From: the human T2T-CHM13v2.0 reference genome, Homo sapiens
DNA length: 64,000 nt
Assembly (NCBI RefSeq): GCF_009914755.1
Contig: NC_060939.1
Strand: one strand, 5' to 3'
Shown here one piece after another: positions 40,470 through 53,889 of the stretch (positions are counted from its first letter, which is position 1; each line of letters starts with the position of its first letter). The position numbers and the translations under genes were made by a program. The notes under the pieces were generated by a model, which did not search any database, had not been told where the DNA came from, and worked only from the letters and a program-made list of their open reading frames with translations.

Positions 40470-41045
40470 AGTTACTGAGTATCTACCCAAAGGCAAAAGA
40501 AGTCATTATGTCAAAACAGCACATGCACACATGTTTATTACAGCACAATTCACAATTGCAAAGATAGGGAACCAACCTAAGTACCTGTCAACTGATGAGT
40601 GGATAAAGAAAATTTGGTATATATACACCATGGAATACTACTCAGCCATAAAAAATAACAAAATAATGCCTTTTGGAGCAACTTGGATGGAGCTGGAGGC
40701 CATTATTCTAAGTGAAGTAACTCAGGAATGGAAAACCAAATACCTTATGTTCTCACTTAGAAGCGAGAGCTAAGCTATGGATGTGCAGGGGCATACAGGC
40801 TAGTATAATGGACATTGGAGACTCAGAAGGGTGGAGGGAGTGACGGCTAAAAAACTATATATTGAGTACAATGCACACTACTTGGGCAACAAGTACACTA
40901 AAATTTCGGCCTTCACTATACAATTCATCCATGTATCCAAAAACCAGTTGTACCCCTAAAGCTATTGAAATAGAAAGAAAAGAAAAAAGGAAGGAAAGGA
41001 GGGAGGGAGGGAGGGAGGGAAAGAAAGAAGGAAGGAAGGAAAGCT
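40470..41045 (+). mobile_element. L1PB-like 3' end with GA-rich tail
   Basis: ORF2 C-terminal peptide (MFITAQFTIAK..WIKKIWYIYTMEYYSAIK), L1PB-type 3'UTR, (GGAA/GGGA)n tail. Confidence 0.85.
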
Positions 41046-41489
41046 GTCATCACAATATTAAAATCAATAAAAATAAATGTTAAAAAGTACTTAATGGTAC
41101 AAAGAAAGTCATTTTTAACCTATAGTTCACTAGTTTTGAAACAATGCACCGAATGACATTGTATAGGTTATATGAATTGTCTGATGGTAGCTGAGTGCAA
41201 ACTCCATCTTATTGCTGTATTTTCTCCATCAAATTAAACCCAACTTATTTCTTCCAGCTTGGCTGTTTAAACATTCAGTCTCATCATTTGTTTTGAGGAA
41301 GGTGCACCTTTTTCCTAGGGTATTTACGACACCTTGGGCCTTATGCAGCTCAGGAAAATTAGAAGCTAATCTCTGATCTTCTTTTAATTGTGGTTCCTAG
41401 TGAGATACTCATTACCAGGTTTCAGGGTCCAGTTGAAGGCAGTCAGCTGGCTGGCAGTCCTTTAGTCCAAGTGGGTGTCAGGAAATTAC

Positions 41490-42260
41490 AGCATTGAAAA
41501 ATAAACAGAATTAGTAAAGCATGGACGAATTAAATAGCTACTCAACACAGATGAATAGAGAATTAATGACTTAGAAAGTAGAATGAAAGAAATTACAGAG
41601 AATTCAGCACAGAATCAGAGTTCAAAAATATAAAAGAGTGGCTGGGAGACAGAGAGGTGAGACCTCCTCCTTCTTATGTAAGTTAGAGTTTCAGGTAGAG
41701 ATGGTAGGGAGAACAGGGAAGTTAGGTGTATTAAGATTCAAAGAGAAGAGGCTGATACTTTTTCAGAATCGATGAAAGTCATTGAGCCTCAGATTCAGGA
41801 GCAACAACAAATTCCAAGCGAGATAAATAAAGAGATATTCAAACCTTAACTAGATGTAGGGAAAATAGAAAATAACAAAGAGAAAAACTTAGAAGCAGTA
41901 ACAAACAGCAGACATATCACCTATACAGGAGCAGCAATTAGATTGATGAATGACTTCTAAACAGTGATCATGCATGCCAGACGACAATACAATATTTTAA
42001 TATGCTAGTTGAAAATAATTGTAAACCTAGAATTCTATACTTAGACAATTTATCTTTTAAGAATGAGGAGATAAAACATTTTTAGATAAAAATTTGAGAG
42101 GATTTGAGACCTCACTAAAGGAACTTCTGAAGGTGTACTTCTGGAAGATTTAAGTAAGTGACCGCAAATGGAAGTTCTCAGATGCAGTGAGCAAAGGAAA
42201 TAATGGGCACAAGAATAAAGATAAACATGCTTTGGCTATCAATAATAACAACATGTACTT
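41490..42260 (+). mobile_element. Old L1M ORF1-region fragment
   Basis: A-rich degenerate ORF1 text (cctcagattcaggagc..caaattccaagc..aacctagaattctatac..ttatcttttaagaatgagg). Confidence 0.6.
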
Positions 42261-42604
42261 TGTGAGGTGATCAGAGGTAAAGCTGTGTAGTTTAGAACTA
42301 TTAAACTTTTACTAAGTAAGTATAATAATATTTCTAGAGTAATAAGGCATATAGAGTATACAACCACCAACATGTGATATTATTCATATTAAATATTTCT
42401 ACACTTACTTGTATTTATATATGTAAGGAGAAGAGTCTGGATTTACATATACCAAAAAGTTAACCATGATTATCACTTTTTGCGTAAGTGTGTTTCTTAG
42501 CCTTTTTGGTCTTGTAATTTATAACAGAATAAAAATTTTAAAAAGAAAACGTGTTCCTAACTTACGTATCATACTTTATATTATGTAGTTAAAAACATTT
42601 GCTT

Positions 42605-42830
42605 TTAAATCAAATGTATGTTGGTTTGCATATTTCAGCTCTGTCACTTAGCTGTGTGACTTCAGGCAGGTTCTTAGCCTCTTTGCTTTGATGTCTTGTA
42701 AAATGAGAATAATAATAATAATGATATCCACCTCATAAAGCAGTTGTGTGTACATGAGGGGACACATGAAATGTGTTTCGTGCAGCACCTAATGGCGTCT
42801 GTGCCCAGTAAACATTAGCTGTTACCATCA
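42605..42830 (+). mobile_element. MIR element
   Basis: cagctctgtcacttagctgtgtgacttcaggcagg..gtaaaatgagaataata. Confidence 0.65.
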
Positions 42831-45116
42831 GCGGGTCAACGTCACCATCATCCTAGACCTGAGGATCATTTCCACAAAGAGTTGAGGACTGATGCTCAAT
42901 GGATCTGTGCAGTGGCAGCATTAAGGAGTTAGTGTGGAAACACACAGGAATTCCTAACCCTAGGAACATGTTGCTTACACTGGGAACGCTCACTATGTGA
43001 TTATGAGTCACATAATCAGTTATGTCTAATGTATTTTTTCAGTGTCTACTGAGATAAGCATGTGTATATATATATACTTATTTGAACTATTGATAGATTT
43101 CCCAAGGTTGAGCTATATGTATCTTCCTGAATAAAAGGCACATAGTAACACTGCATGGTTCTTTTAATATTGTTATTAAAAGATATGATGAATTTGATTT
43201 GCTAAGATCCATATTAGTAAGTGAGTTTGCTAATTCCCATCCATTATGAGTAGTGAGATCTTTCTGCAAATATGCTAGAATTTGTAGTGTGGTCAGTGAA
43301 GCTTTTGATGATATTTTGTGTGTGTGTGTGAAAGAGAGGGAGAAAGAGGCAGAGAGAGAGAGAGAGAGAGAGAGAGTCATACTATATTGGTCAAGATTCT
43401 TTCAGCTCCAAAGACAGACAGCCCAGTTCAAACTAACTCTTAGACAATCCATAAAGGAATTTTTCATAAAACTGGGATATCCAGGCAAGCGTTTGGCTTC
43501 AAGTAAAGATCCAAGAGTGCTAGCAGTTACTTAAGGCACTGTTTCTCTTCCTCGTGGTCCCTTAGCTTTCCCCACCTTGTGTTGGTTTTATTCTCAGGCA
43601 GGTTCTACCCAAGTGGTGGCCCAGTTGCATCTTACCAATGAAAACTCCAGCAGGGGTCTTAGGTAGAATAGCCCTGCATGATATTCCTGAACCAGGCCCT
43701 GTTGCCAGGGAACACCATGCTATGACTGACCAGATCTGGGCATGTATACACCCCAGGAACCCTCATGGGGTCAGACTTACCTGGGCCGCAAGGACTGTGG
43801 GTGAGAGAGGGAACATTCCTCAGGCAGGGTTCTCTGGGTTGTCCCCAGAAGGGAGACGAGGACAGGACAGGCAGTACAATAGATGTCTATGCCTCGTTGG
43901 CAAGGTACTTTTGTGTCACAGGTTTCAGACTTCATCTGGTTTGCACACCACTCCCATGAGGTTTTATTTTGTGACATTTCATTCCCACTTTTATTGGGAA
44001 GATGTCCTCATCCAAGATGTTCGGAGGCTGGCCCACTTTGGCAGGATGATAAAGTGGCAAAGTCAGGTCCCTCCTTCCACGGGCTGCTCTTCCAGTCAGA
44101 TGTTGCCTCTCTCTGAGTGCCTCACAGTCCAGCCATGGCAGTGGTATTGCCCATGTCCCACTTGGTTTTATTATGGCATTCTTTTGTCTGTAATCATCAA
44201 ATAAAAAATGTACCTGTGGGTGAAAGTCAAAGTGGTTGTATTCTTACTGCTTCACTATTGCCTGGAACCTTTCCCTTTCAGTGGTCTGAGTCATAATTTT
44301 TCTTTGGTTTGTTGACAAAACAGTTTATACTGTTTTCTTCCAAAACAGCCCTCAAAAAAAAAAAAATAGGTAAACAGAGAATGGATTTCTAATTTGTCTT
44401 ACCAGTTCAGGCTTCCGGCAGGAATTGAAACCCGGAATCTTTGTTTTGAAGACAGTAAAGTGGGGCTGCCTATATCTATGGCTGCTTTTAAGAATCTGAC
44501 GTGAATTTTATCCAGTTCCTTGTGCAAAATAAATCCTTTTTTTGTAGCAAAAGGGGTTGAAGTTGAAGGAACACATGAGATAGTCAACAAACGAATTACT
44601 AAAATAAAACTGTATCATGAACATGCTTGTGCAAACTTGGGATAATAGGCCATATCTGCCCACCTGTGGCCAAGTCTTGGCACACTGGTTTTTGTTTTAT
44701 CGAAGAGCTGCTCACAGTAGCCTTGTTTCTGTCAAGAAAGATGAGCAGAGACTCAAACATATCTCCGAGTAGCTCACAACAAGAATACCCTTTGGAGGAT
44801 CCTAGAGTGTTGTGCAGTCTTTGACTTCTGAAATATACAGAAGACTTACTGTTTCTGCAAGTATGGCTCCAAAATGGTGGTCATTTTTTGTTTTTGTTTT
44901 TGTTTTTTTGAGTGAAGAAAGGATAATTTATTTAAAAATAATAATGAAACTAGTGGCTATCCTTCTGAGACAAAAGAAATATCATATACTAAAATTCCAA
45001 TTTACTTAAAAATTTAAATATAAACCTAAATCAATAAAAATATTGGGAGAAACTTTAGCAGACTGAATGTTCAACCCAGAGGTTAAAGATAGAAATATCT
45101 GAATGTGTAAATATTA

Positions 45117-45660
<544 letters not shown>

Positions 45661-46306
45661 GAAACTCTATAGGATACGTTTCTTTTTCACTCTCTTCAAT
45701 GAAGATTGCCATTTCAGTGAAGCAGCAAAATGCTCAATTGAATTAAGTACTCTTTAGAACTGGACACTTAAAAAAGAGGAGAATATCATTTATTGGATGC
45801 ATGGATACAAGAGAAAAGAGAGAAATGTGATTGGTTGCCTAGCTCCTTCTGTGACCAAAGTAGAAGATTCTTGAGATCTTCGCTGCTTGTTGAGATAAAT
45901 GTGGATTGCTGGTAGCTTCTTAACCACACCATGATCCTGTTGGTCCCTGTATTTCTTGTTTTGAGCACAGCTGGGGGAGTAGAGCTGAGTTTTAGGGTAT
46001 CAACTTAATAGGATAGATATAGCAGCCATCACAGCGGCCCCAGGCTGCCACCAGAATCCATAGCAAAACACAGTCTCTCAATTGCCCCTGTGTCCCAAGG
46101 CTGCTGCATGGGAGCGGGTAGGGCTAAGGGAAGGAGGGGCTTGGTTCATGCAAGGCCGTGATTGTTTGTTACTGGGTTGTTCCTCTCTTGGAGTCCATGA
46201 AGAGGAAAGGAGATTTCACTGCTGTTGACCTGGTTAAATTATCTTGTTTAGAGCAACCCATTTCATGAATTAAAAATATCCTTCTGGTTAGGTGCTGTGG
46301 ACCAGT

Positions 46307-46678
46307 TGTGTTCGTCAGCTCAGGCTCCCCTAACAAAATACTATAGACTGGGTGGTTTAAACAACAAATATTTATCTTCTCACTCTTCAGAGGCTGGGAA
46401 GTTCAATATCAAGGGGCCAGCTGATTCGATTCCTGGTTAGGGCTCTCTTCCTGGCTTGCGGACAGCCACCTTCTTCCTATGTCCTCACGTGGCAGAGGGA
46501 GCAGGGAAGCGAGCTGTCTGGTATGTCTTCTTTTCATCCTATCATGGAAGCTCCACCCTCATTCATGACCTCATATAAGCCTTATTGTCTCCCAAAGGCC
46601 TCATTTCCAAATACTTTCACATTGGGGGTTAGGACTTCAACATATGAATTTTGGGTGGACACGATTCAGTCCCTACCA
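46307..46678 (-). mobile_element. MLT1A/A0-like MaLR solo LTR
   Basis: TG..CA ends, 372 bp, near-matching 5-bp TSD ccagt/ccagc; aacaaaatactatagactgggtggtttaaacaac. Confidence 0.85.
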
Positions 46679-48666
46679 CCAGCTCAAAATTCTTTCTGTT
46701 GGATGATATCGTAGTGACCCGTGTTTGGGGCAATAAGGTCATAAATTCGGGCAAAAAGGGTAAGAAAAGACAGACATCAAGAAGGGCATCAGCAGGAGGA
46801 CCTGACCACTGGGGCTGGGGCTGTGTGAGTGGGGTTTGTTCTGCTGAGACTTATGCACAGGAGTTTTGTGTCTCCCATCTGTCTCTCTGTTGAGATGCAT
46901 TTTAAGATTGTTTCTTCGTTCACAGTTTAAATGAATCCTGTATTGGACTGTCCTGCTTTATTTTGAGCATGAGGGCCGTTCTTGGTATGGTACCTAATAT
47001 ACAAGAGATGTGTCCAGAAAATCTTAGTGAAAGGAAATTGGGAGTTTTGAACCTCAAGACTGAAAAGAAGGGAGGTTCTGCTAAGGAGAACACGGACTTG
47101 AGGTTGCCAAATGGTTTGGGGAGAAAAAAAATTAAGTTCAGTTTTAGAATACAGAGTGTGAGGTTAACTGTGAAATCTCTAGGTACACCTATGCCAAGAA
47201 GTCGCTGAAGTTGATAGAATCACACACTCTTGAAAGGTGTGGGTCATTTATTTTAACCCTGTAGTCACAGCGAGAATCCTTATGATAAAGCCATACCCTG
47301 CTGCTTACCCAGGCCTTGCTTGGTATATTTCTAGGGACATACAACTGTTTAGTTTACAAAGCAATATTTTCTGCATTTAGACAGTCCCAACTCTTCGATA
47401 ATTCTCTGCCACTCTTCAAAATCTACCTCTGTGACAATTATTCCTTGTCCCTGGATGTGTCATCAGAGGGAATACCATCTACATCTGGCCTTGTTTCCTT
47501 TGGCCTGACTCCAGCTCTGAAGGGTCTCTCTCTCCCACTGTCTTCTCCAGCGTTCACTGTCAGGATCACCTGCTCATCAGCTCGGCCTGATAATGAGGAG
47601 GGGAGATCTCTATTTGTCTGTTGCAGGTATCTGTGGGCTTAATGCAGTGCCTTGAACACCACTGCTCTTTGCACAATAAAAACGGTACTTGCTGAATGAC
47701 TGAGTGGAAGACTCCGTGTGGGCCAGAGGGCCAAGATTTAGGTGCCTTCTTCCAGTCCTGAAAGAGGCAGAACTGTGGAATCGTTCACCCTCACCATGTC
47801 GATGCACAGACCCAAAGGGCTCTAGGGAAATTATTGAACAGTGTAATCGATATTCATATGTCCATTGCAATTTTAACCTTACAAAGATGTCTTGGACATG
47901 ATCTCATGAAGCATGGATATATGTGGTGCATAATTTACAGATGGAGAGGAATCAGACTGTTACCCAGTTCCATGGACTAGCAAGTGAGGAACCTGGATGT
48001 GGTCTCAGCTCTTCTGCCTGCGTTCTTATCCACAGGGTTGTGTCAAACCTTACACAGTAATTGTGCAGGAATTATCTCATTTGCTTGAAACCACTGTCCA
48101 CTGAAATGTGCTCAGTTGATAAATGTAGAAACTGCGTCCGAAGGAGGGCCAAGATCACAAGGGAGGAGGAACTGGTAGAACTCAGACTTTAAGCCAGTCT
48201 TCCAAGTCCTTGGCACAGGAGTTTTTGGAGCAGACTTTTTCAATTTAAAAGGAGTGAATTCTGTCCTCTTCTGGAGGGGAGATGAGCAGGATTCTGAAGG
48301 AAACAGAGAACCACTGTTGGTTAAAAGCAAACATTACTCCTTTAATATACAACTCCCAGCTTTTATTCTGTCATCTGCTCATATCCACGTCTGGTCTCTG
48401 GATCTAGAAATAGACAAATATAATTTTGCGATGTGTAATGAACTGACTCCTCAATGTTCATTCGACACATGCTTCCTGCCAGCAAGTAGATTGGAAAAGA
48501 TATACAATCGATCTGATACAATATATGTCATCGGGAGATTCTTATTAGAATACTGTATTCCAAATCCCCCTTTAAAATAAAAGGCAGAAGAAAATAGCTC
48601 GACTGGTGCAGCTTTTCTGAACAAAGGAATGGTATGGCCTAATACTGCTTAGTTGAAGTTCCCGAC

Positions 48667-49400
48667 TGTGATAATAAGAAATATATATTTGGTCTTCACC
48701 TGTTTCCTGACAAACAGCTCCTAAAACCCTTGGAATCTCTGGAGTGATAAGAGTGTCTTTTGTGTATTAATGAGATGACCTGTGGCTGGGGCCCCTAGAC
48801 AGCTTCAAGAAGGGGCTGGGCCGTGCTCTGTGCAGGATTAGAGGGTTGAAGCTTTCAGCCCCACCCCTGACCTCTGAGAAGGGGAAAGGAGCTAGTGATC
48901 AAGCTAGTGGCCAATGATTTAATCTCTCGCACCTTCACAGTGGAACCTACATAAAAACCCCTAAATGTTGGGATTTAGGGAACCTCCCGGTTGGTGAACA
49001 CATGGAGGCGCTCGCAAGGTGGGGCGCCTGGAGAGGGCATGGAGGCTCCACCCACCCCACCCCGCAATCGCCTGCCCTGTGCATGTCTTCATTTGGCTGT
49101 TCCTGCATTGTATTTCTTATCCTACACTCATAACAGAAAGTGGTTCTGGGAGCTGATATAGCAAATCATCGAACCTGAGAAGGGGAGTTGTGGGAACTCC
49201 CAATTTATATTCGGTTGGTGAGAAGTGTAGGAGGCTCGGACGTGTGATTGGCATCTGAAGTGGGGCAGTCGTGTGGGATTGAGCCTGTAACTGTGGGGAT
49301 CCATGCCAACTCCAGGTAGTTAGTGTCATAATTGAATCAAATTGTAGGAGATGCAGTTGGTGTCTGGAGAGGTGGAGAATTGGTTAGTTTGAGAAAAAAG
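48667..49400 (+). mobile_element. MER21-family LTR
   Basis: tgtgataataagaaatatatatttggtctt..gctcctaaaacccttggaatctc..gtgattggcatctgaagtggggcagtc..cagttggtgtctggag. Confidence 0.8.
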
Positions 49401-51398
49401 CCCGCCCACTGACAGAGCCCCTGCCCAACTAAGCTCTGTACCACCAGATATCATGACTGCCCTTCCATCCTGGGAAGTGGCAGAGACCCTGGCACCCCCA
49501 CCAGGTACCTCTTTCTTCCTCCATTCTTCTCTCCTTTGGTAGTCACATCCCTGGGACATCACTGTCACCCAGAAATAGCAGCAGGGCAGCCTGGGGATGA
49601 AAGTGCCTGTCCTTGAGGCCCCACCAGCGGTTACCAGGATCTGTCTGTCCTCTCAGAAGGCTTCCCTAGGTCACTCTAGGTCTTCTGCCGAGAATGAGCA
49701 CCCGCTTCCTGGTGCCACCCAGAGCTTCCTAGGTCCTCTGACTTGATACCACAGCTATAACTTGTGCTTTCCTGGGCCACGCTCTGTGCTGGATGCAACA
49801 GGCATGTGGCTGTGTGTCTGAGATCCTGAGTTGGAGATCTCTGTGGTCTCCCCACTTTCCAGGTCCAAGCAGCCTCCACTCTCACCTGTTCTCCACACCC
49901 GGCTGGCCACTTTTCCTCCAGACTCCAGAGTTAGGTTCACCTCATGGGAAAACAGGAAGATCATCTATGTGTCATTTATAAGATCAAACCAGATGATCAA
50001 AGCCATAACAAAGCTCCTAGGTCAAAGTTCCTCCTATCCTGGAAGCTCCTTGGATGTGTTCCCTGTTGGGATAGCCCAGGGCTAGGAGGAACCATCCCAA
50101 AGGAACAGAGCCCAAAGCTACTGTAGATGCTGACTGTCCAGTCTCAACGGGAGCTGCAAATAGCCTCAGTCCCTCTGTGCTGGCTTCTTTGCACTCTCAC
50201 TCTCCTGTCTCTGAAGGGCTGGAATCTGCCTGATTCTTCATGGGTGTTGGTTGTGACCTCAGGGTTTTTCTTTGCTCTAGTGGTCTTTTTTGCCTTAGTG
50301 ACAGAGAAGTAATCGGAACTGGGAAATGTGGGAATGAAGGAACGCAATCTCCTATCCTCTCTCCCACAATACACAGAACCCTGACAGCAGTTGGGCAGCC
50401 TGTCCAGGGCAGCAGTGGGCACAGATATGCAAATCCAGCACTGATCTTCCCTTAGTGGACTAACCTATGATCTTGCCCTGCACCTGCTGTGTGCTGGGCC
50501 CTGTTCTGGGTGGTGCATGTTCGTGGTGATGAACCATGCACTCTCCTTCCCCAGATTCTGTCCCAGGGTTTTTTCCCACCAGCTGTCAGTCTGCCCATCT
50601 TCATTTATATCCTTCCTGGAATCCAATGTCACGATCCCCCCACAAAGCAATGGACACCGCTCAGGTACTTATATGTACCCCTGAAGCCACCTGCCACCAC
50701 CACCCCATTCCCTCAAAATAAAGACAAAAACAAAACCAGAATCCTGAACCTTACATTTTCTTCGGGAGGCCACAGCCTTGGGCCTTGTGAACAGCACGCC
50801 CCCTCTGTCCTCTCTGCATGTTCTTCTCGAGGGCCTGGTGCTCTTCTGTGCAGGGGTATCACTGGGACCGTGGCAGTGGGATATAGAGCATTTGTAATCA
50901 TCGTTCTTGCCATGCCCAGGTTATGGCCAGATCAGATCCACCCCCTCCCATTCCACAGCACAGGTCCTTTCCTGACCTTGCTCCTGCCAACCACTTCCCT
51001 CTGAAATCCCTTTTGCTCCTTTCCCAGTAACAATGAGGCTTCCCTTCAGGGTCCTGAAGAGGGCACAGAGGGCTCCCTGGCTCCCTTTGAGCCTGTCCTG
51101 TCTCCAAGTCCCGAAGCCATTCCCGGATGGGCCGTAGTAGGGGAGTGGGCCGGAAGATAGTCTGAAGCGGCTGGAATAGGGGTCCTTACAGACAGGCCCA
51201 CCTTCCTCTCGTGATTGTCTGTTCTTCCCTTGGACCTCCTGGGCAGGCCCCTGTCTCTGCCTCCTGTCTGGCTGTTTTTCCAGGCTACCGGTTGTTGTCC
51301 CTACTTATCCAGCAGGGATCCTCATTAGGGGACACTGGCCTACCAGCTCTCTCCCTTTTGGTGCTGAGGGTGGGCTTTGTTCCTCCAGTGCTTCCTCA

Positions 51399-51465
51399 AA
51401 GACCCCCTGGTGGCCAAAGCCCTCTCTCAGGACCTCCTGGTGGAGAGCACCCAGCAGGGGGCTGA
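51399..51465. promoter_or_regulatory. Cluster of three CTCF-like motifs
   Basis: Minus TGGCCACCAGGGGGTC (51401-16), minus CTCCACCAGGAGGTC (51431-45), plus CCAGCAGGGGGCTG (51451-64). Confidence 0.5.
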
Positions 51466-51894
51466 GCAGCTGAAGTAGCTCTCAGCTGAAGTAGCTCTCT
51501 GAAGCAACCGGCCATTCTGGGGTCGCTGCCCAGGGCCGCTCCTCCTTTTCCTCCAGGACAAGCTCAGGTATGTCAGCCTAAATGGCCCAATGGAACTGAC
51601 CATGATCCTTGTGAAAGTTTTTCTCCACGGAGAATTGATGCTGCTGTCTCCTGAAAGCTCAGCTGCAAAGATTAAGGGCCTACTGTCAATAGGTAAAAAT
51701 GCAGCATCTGTTTCCCATTCAACTGCTGCTCCCTGGAGGGTGTGGACTTTGATGAAATAGTGCACCCGCACCAGCCCTTCACCTGCGTCTCTGGGGCACA
51801 GGGGGAACGGCAGTGTCTTGCCATCAGGTCAGCTGAATTAGAGGTAGAAGATTTCTCGCCTCTTCTTGAATTTTCTGGGACCTGATGCTTAGAT

Positions 51895-52223
51895 CAGAGG
51901 TTGGCAAATTATGGCCAATGGGCTGCATCTGCCCTGCCTCCTGTTTTTGTATGGGCCATGAGCTGAGAATAATTTTTACATTTTTAAATTGATGGAAAAA
52001 AAACACCAAAAGAATATTCCATGACATGTGGAAATTATTTGAAATTCAAATCTCAGTGCTCATGCATTGAAACACAACCACCCCCACTCATTTATAGACT
52101 GTGTCTACGGTTGCTTTTGTACCATAACTGCAGCGTTGAGTAGTTGCCACAGAGACCTTATGGCCTTCAAAGCCTGAAATATTTACTTTCTGATCCTTCC
52201 CAGAAAAAGTTTGCCAACCTGTG
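51895..52223 (+). mobile_element. MER58B-like hAT-Charlie DNA transposon
   Basis: TIRs cagaggttggcaaa / tttgccaacctgtg; 8-bp TSD gcttagat / gcttaggt. Confidence 0.88.
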
Positions 52224-52629
52224 GCTTAGGTGGTGCAGGTGGAGATGGATCTTCTGCTTGGGCTGAGGCCTCTGAGAGACACAACAATGTTCCCATGAAC
52301 AGAGAGCTTGTCCTCCTCTATAACCAGAAGGTATGGTCTCACCATCACAGCTCAGCCTCCTGTGCTAGGAAATCCCACAGCCTTTTTCTCCTCCAGAAGC
52401 TCATGCTCCCCTATCTTCAAGTATTGGAGTCCCAAGCATAAATTAAGACATCGAGGAGCATCCCATTTGGTTTATAGTACCAAATAGCATAAAAATAACA
52501 CCTTAACTGCTTTGAAAAGAAAACAGATTTTAATGCCTTGTGTGTAAACATTTTTACTGTTTTGCATATATTTTATATTTGTAGAGTAATTCACAGTTTA
52601 AAATTTAACACAAAATGTTTTTTTGGTGA

Positions 52630-53187
<558 letters not shown>

Positions 53188-53239
53188 TAGAAAAGGCATT
53201 TTATAGAAATAATTGTATTTAAAGAATGAGATACCATTT

Positions 53240-53889
53240 TGTTACTGGAGGGGCAAAGGGAAAGCCTCTTCATTTTCTGAAGGTTTGCTGAAAAATCAAC
53301 TCACAAAAGGCAGGTTAATTGGAGAAAATGGGTATAAATTTTATTAATGTGTACACGAGAACCTTCAGAATGACCCAAAGATACAGAGGAAACTGACCAT
53401 TTTTATGCTTATGTTCAACAAAGTATGGACAGCCGTGTAGATATAGGATTAGACGAAAAGGGCATGATCCAATGTCAATCGGCTGAGTGGGGAAACTCAG
53501 CAAGGCCTGTCTGTTTAGATTCTTCTTGGCCTTGCTGAACGTGCATTCCTTCCTTCTGAGTATGAGGCAGGACCCTCTCTGGAATGAGGGTCTTATGACC
53601 TTCAGTCAAACAAGGTAGGGCAGATAGTTTCTTTATGGCCAGTTTTCACACAGAAAGGCAGAGGGAAAGTTAGAGTGACATCTTTAAGTTTTATGGCTGG
53701 CTTTGGGGAAAAAGGCTTCTGGCTTCCATGCCCTGCCCTGGGGCAGAGGGATTCTAGTGTCTGTGTCTAGCCTCAGGGGAGAATGGCGCTAAGAGACAGG
53801 AGGGCAAGAGAAGATCAGAGAAATAAATTTTTCCTCTGAGGATGCTTCTGAGGCCTTCATTTTGGGGTATTGTTGACTGAGTCCTGACA
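53240..53889 (-). mobile_element. Solo ERV1 LTR (MER39/LTR29-type, tentative)
   Basis: TG..CA ends; minus strand starts tgtcaggactcagtcaacaataccccaaaatgaaggcctcagaagc. Confidence 0.72.

Noticed and set aside
43638-44204. 188-aa ATG ORF, and the 198-aa minus ORF at 54209-54805
   Set aside because: No recognisable domain or splice context; the first overlaps probable decayed MaLR/MIR sequence; consistent with chance
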